Origin: Ignavibacteria bacterium
GTDB lineage: Bacteria; Bacteroidota; Ignavibacteria; UBA10030; UBA6906
Direction: 5' to 3'
DNA: 64,000 nt
Assembly: GCA_040290295.1 (NCBI GenBank)
Contig: PSMW01000001.1
Location: 79,298 to 143,297 of the forward strand
Shown here piece after piece: positions 61,662 through 64,000 of this stretch. The translations under genes were made by a program, and so were the position numbers. The notes beneath the pieces were generated by a model. The model was not told the origin of the DNA. It ran no database searches and worked only from the letters and a program-made list of their open reading frames with translations. Numbering within the stretch: the first letter of the stretch is position 1; the number at the start of each line of letters is the position of its first letter.

Positions 61662-62522
61662 ATGTTCGTCATTATCGGGATCGTTGTTGTGATTGTGTGC
61701 GTCATCGGCGGATTCGTCAGTCACGGAGGACCGTTAGCGGTACTCATTCAACCGTCGGAATTCGTTATCATCGGAGGTGCTGCAGTCGGTTCGCTGCTCG
61801 TCCAGACACCGCTCCCTATTCTGAAGAATGTGTTTGGCAAGATTACCTCGTTGTTCAAGGGTGATCCCTATACGAAGGAACAATATCTTAACTTGCTCAA
61901 GACGATGTTCGAGTTGTTCAACGCGGCAACACGCGAAGGCTTGATTGCCATCGAAGCACATGTCGAGAAACCTGCGGCAAGTTCCATCTTTAGCAAGAAC
62001 AAGTTTCTGATTCAACACCATCATGCACTCTATTACTTTGCCGATACGATGAAGTTGCTGATGGGAGGCGGCGTTCCTCCGCACGATCTCGAAGCGATGT
62101 TGGAAACCGATATCGAAACGCACCATCATGAATCCAGCGCGGCAAGCAACATGGTGCAGAAGGTTGCCGATGCGCTTCCCGGACTTGGGATTGTGGCTGC
62201 TGTTCTGGGCATTGTCATCACCATGCAAGCGATCGAAGGACCACCGACGGAAATCGGTCACAAGGTAGCGGCGGCACTCGTCGGGACGTTTTTGGGCGTT
62301 CTCATGTCCTATGGGTTTGTTGGGCCGATGGCAACGCACATCGATTTGCTCAGTCAGTCGGAGGCACGGTACTTCGAGTGCATCAAAGCGGGGATCGTTG
62401 CGTACGCCAAAGGCAATGCGCCGATGATCGTAGTCGAGTTCGCACGTCGGGTCATTCCGAACGACGTACGTCCTTCATTTGAAGAGGTCGAACGAGCGGT
62501 CAAAGCGATCAAGAACGGATAG
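61662..62522 (+). CDS. motA: Flagellar stator protein MotA (set 2, 286 aa, long cytoplasmic loop)
   Basis: MFVIIGIVVVIVCVIGGFVSHGG, LPGLGIVAAVLGIVITM, ALVGTFLGVLMSYGFVGP. A longer loop between TM2 and TM3 than in set 1. Confidence 0.9.
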   Translation: MFVIIGIVVVIVCVIGGFVSHGGPLAVLIQPSEFVIIGGAAVGSLLVQTPLPILKNVFGKITSLFKGDPYTKEQYLNLLKTMFELFNAATREGLIAIEAHVEKPAASSIFSKNKFLIQHHHALYYFADTMKLLMGGGVPPHDLEAMLETDIETHHHESSAASNMVQKVADALPGLGIVAAVLGIVITMQAIEGPPTEIGHKVAAALVGTFLGVLMSYGFVGPMATHIDLLSQSEARYFECIKAGIVAYAKGNAPMIVVEFARRVIPNDVRPSFEEVERAVKAIKNG

Positions 62523-62544
62523 CCGAAAAGAGTGACGAGCCGTT

Positions 62545-63348
62545 ATGAACAAGACCGGACACGACGTTCCTATCATCATCAAGAAGAAGAAACATGGCGG
62601 GCATGGCCATCACGTTGGTGCGTGGAAGGTGGCGTATGCCGACTTCGTGACGGCAATGATGGCGCTGTTCATCGTTCTGTGGATCGTCGGTCAGAGCAAA
62701 CAGGTGCGTCAGTATGTGGCGAACTATTTTAAGGATCCCGGCGCCTTCTTCGAGAACACCAAAGGTGGCGGCATGTTCTCCGGCAACAGTTTGATGACGA
62801 CCCAACAAGCGGTGGAAGAGAACTTGCAGCGCGACAGCAAACGCTTGCAGCAGATGGCGACCACAATTCTGGAGCATGTGAAGAAGGATAGCTCGCTCAA
62901 GAAGTTGGTGAACCAGATGGCGATCGAGCTGACGAAGGAAGGCTTGCGCATTCAACTCTACGAAACGGCAGAGAATGCATACTTCGATATCGGGACGGCG
63001 CGACTAAAGCCCGAGGCAGTCGGCATTCTCACCGCCATTGCCCAAGAAGTGGGAAAGATCCCCAACAATGTCGTGATCGAGGGGCATACCGACAGTCGGC
63101 CGTATTCGCGTTTGGATGGATACACGAACTATGAACTCAGTACCGATCGTGCCAACGCCGCTCGACGACTCATGATGAGCGCGGGCCTCAGGCCAGATCA
63201 GGTGGAAGAAGTGCGCGGTTATGCCGACCGTATGCTGCGCGATCGCAATCGTCCGTTCGACGATTCGAACAGAAGAATTACGATCCTCATCAAATTTCAA
63301 GAACAGGTAGCGTATGAGCAAAGCGGCCAAGATTCTACTCGTGGATGA
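62545..63348 (+). CDS. motB: Flagellar stator protein MotB with OmpA-like domain (set 2)
   Basis: GAWKVAYADFVTAMMALFIVLWIV (conserved Asp). OmpA-like VVIEGHTDSRPY...NYELSTDRANAARRLM...SNRRITILI. Confidence 0.9.
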   Translation: MNKTGHDVPIIIKKKKHGGHGHHVGAWKVAYADFVTAMMALFIVLWIVGQSKQVRQYVANYFKDPGAFFENTKGGGMFSGNSLMTTQQAVEENLQRDSKRLQQMATTILEHVKKDSSLKKLVNQMAIELTKEGLRIQLYETAENAYFDIGTARLKPEAVGILTAIAQEVGKIPNNVVIEGHTDSRPYSRLDGYTNYELSTDRANAARRLMMSAGLRPDQVEEVRGYADRMLRDRNRPFDDSNRRITILIKFQEQVAYEQSGQDSTRG

Positions 63349-64000
63349 CGACGAAGTGCAGTTGCAAGTGATCGCGCACGCCGTTCAATCGTTCTCCGAG
63401 TACATCGTCCTCACAGCAACGAGTGCTGCCGCGGCACTGCAGGTAGCCGAAAAGCACCAACCCGATGTGATCGTCAGCGATTACTTCATGCCGGATGAGG
63501 ATGGGTTCCTGTTCTGCAAGAAAGTGAAGAGCCATCCCACACTACGCCGCGCCATGTTCATCATCCTCACCTCCGCAACGACCGTCGGGCAAAGGATTCG
63601 GGGACTGGATATCGGCGCGGACGATTACATCACGAAACCGTTCAACAGCGAGGAACTGCTCTCGCACATCCGCGCAGCGTTGCGCATCAAAGCGCTCAAC
63701 GACGAACTAGAAGCGGACAAAATACAGCTCAAGCAGTTGTATAATGAATTGGAAGAAGATTTCATGGGTGTGATCGCTTTGCTCTCACACATCATCGGGC
63801 AGAGAGTGCCGAGTGCTTCCATGCGTGCCGAACGCGCTGCCGGCATGGTGCGATGGATCGGCGAGAGGCTTGGCTTAGGGGAGAATGACCTGAAGATGCT
63901 CGAAATCGCTGCACGCCTCCACGAGATCGGCAAGGTCAACCTTCCGGATGAGTTGTTGAAAAAACCGATCGCTCAACTCACCGACATTGAACGGAATGCT
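63314..64000 (+). CDS. Response regulator with HD-GYP-type output domain (RpfG-like), 3'-truncated by the window end
   Basis: My own translation from ATG 63314: MSKAAKILLVDDDEVQLQVI...VIVSDYFMPDEDG...IILTSA...ITKPF (REC), then a coiled linker and ...LEIAARLHEIGKVNLPDELLKKP (the start of an HD/HD-GYP domain). The frame stays open to base 64000. Overlaps motB by 35 nt. Confidence 0.75.
   Translation, partial: MSKAAKILLVDDDEVQLQVIAHAVQSFSEYIVLTATSAAAALQVAEKHQPDVIVSDYFMPDEDGFLFCKKVKSHPTLRRAMFIILTSATTVGQRIRGLDIGADDYITKPFNSEELLSHIRAALRIKALNDELEADKIQLKQLYNELEEDFMGVIALLSHIIGQRVPSASMRAERAAGMVRWIGERLGLGENDLKMLEIAARLHEIGKVNLPDELLKKPIAQLTDIERNA

Noticed and set aside
1-64000. Searched by eye for tRNA/rRNA genes, CRISPR repeat-spacer arrays, IS/transposase or integrase genes, phage or defence-system genes, and long direct or inverted DNA repeats
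   Set aside because: I recognised none. Every long + strand ORF has a flagellar, signalling or glycosylation assignment. A by-eye scan cannot exclude small RNAs or short dispersed repeats; a covariance-model (Infernal/tRNAscan) run and a self-dot-plot would be decisive.

Overview
This 64-kb window comes from a moderately GC-rich diderm (Gram-negative-type) bacterium. I cannot assign a taxon from the sequence alone. Nearly all of it is a flagellar regulon.

Bases 1-4.3 kb carry envelope and housekeeping genes: an M19 dipeptidase fragment, an ArnT/PMT-like GT-C transferase coupled to a CPBP protease, and a class-V aminotransferase fused to a receiver domain.

From 4.6 kb to the end, every gene I call is on the + strand, in four blocks:
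- (i) 4.6-11.7 kb: a glycosylation pair. It consists of an 1857-aa methyltransferase-GT8-GT2-GT4-GT4-TPR megaprotein and a GT2-TPR protein, directly upstream of the only flagellin gene.
- (ii) 11.8-15.7 kb: a late flagellar operon, fliC-fliS-fliD-flaG-fliT-like-flgM. It has a near-consensus sigma-28 promoter and a CsrA-type leader.
- (iii) 15.8-26.4 kb: a signalling block. It holds a LuxR-type response regulator (RR), a REC-PAS histidine kinase (HK) with an NtrC-type sigma-54 activator, a stand-alone REC, a HEAT-repeat protein, a small Cys protein, a small regulatory-domain protein, an HDOD protein, a GAF hybrid kinase with Hpt, and a REC with a Cys-rich tail.
- (iv) 26.5-64 kb: an almost gapless flagellar cluster, flgBC-(orf)-fliEFGHIJ-ylxF-like-fliK-flgD-(flagellar operon protein)-flgE | fliLMNOPQR-flhBAFG-(orf)-fliA-(sigma region-4-only paralog)-HDOD-GAF kinase-(orf)-flgFGAHIJNKL-motAB-fliW-csrA-motAB-(REC-HD-GYP, truncated by the window end).

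Six intergenic -24/-12 (sigma-54-type) elements precede the main transcription units. Three are canonical and three are variant.

I recognised no rRNA, tRNA, CRISPR array, transposase, integrase or phage gene.

The most unusual items:
- the fused five-enzyme glycosylation protein next to flagellin
- a stand-alone copy of sigma-28 region 4 directly after fliA
- a PLP enzyme fused to a receiver domain
- a repeated HDOD-then-GAF-kinase gene pair

All calls rest on reading the translations and motifs by eye. No database search or HMM was run. Start codons are inferred from RBS and overlap context.
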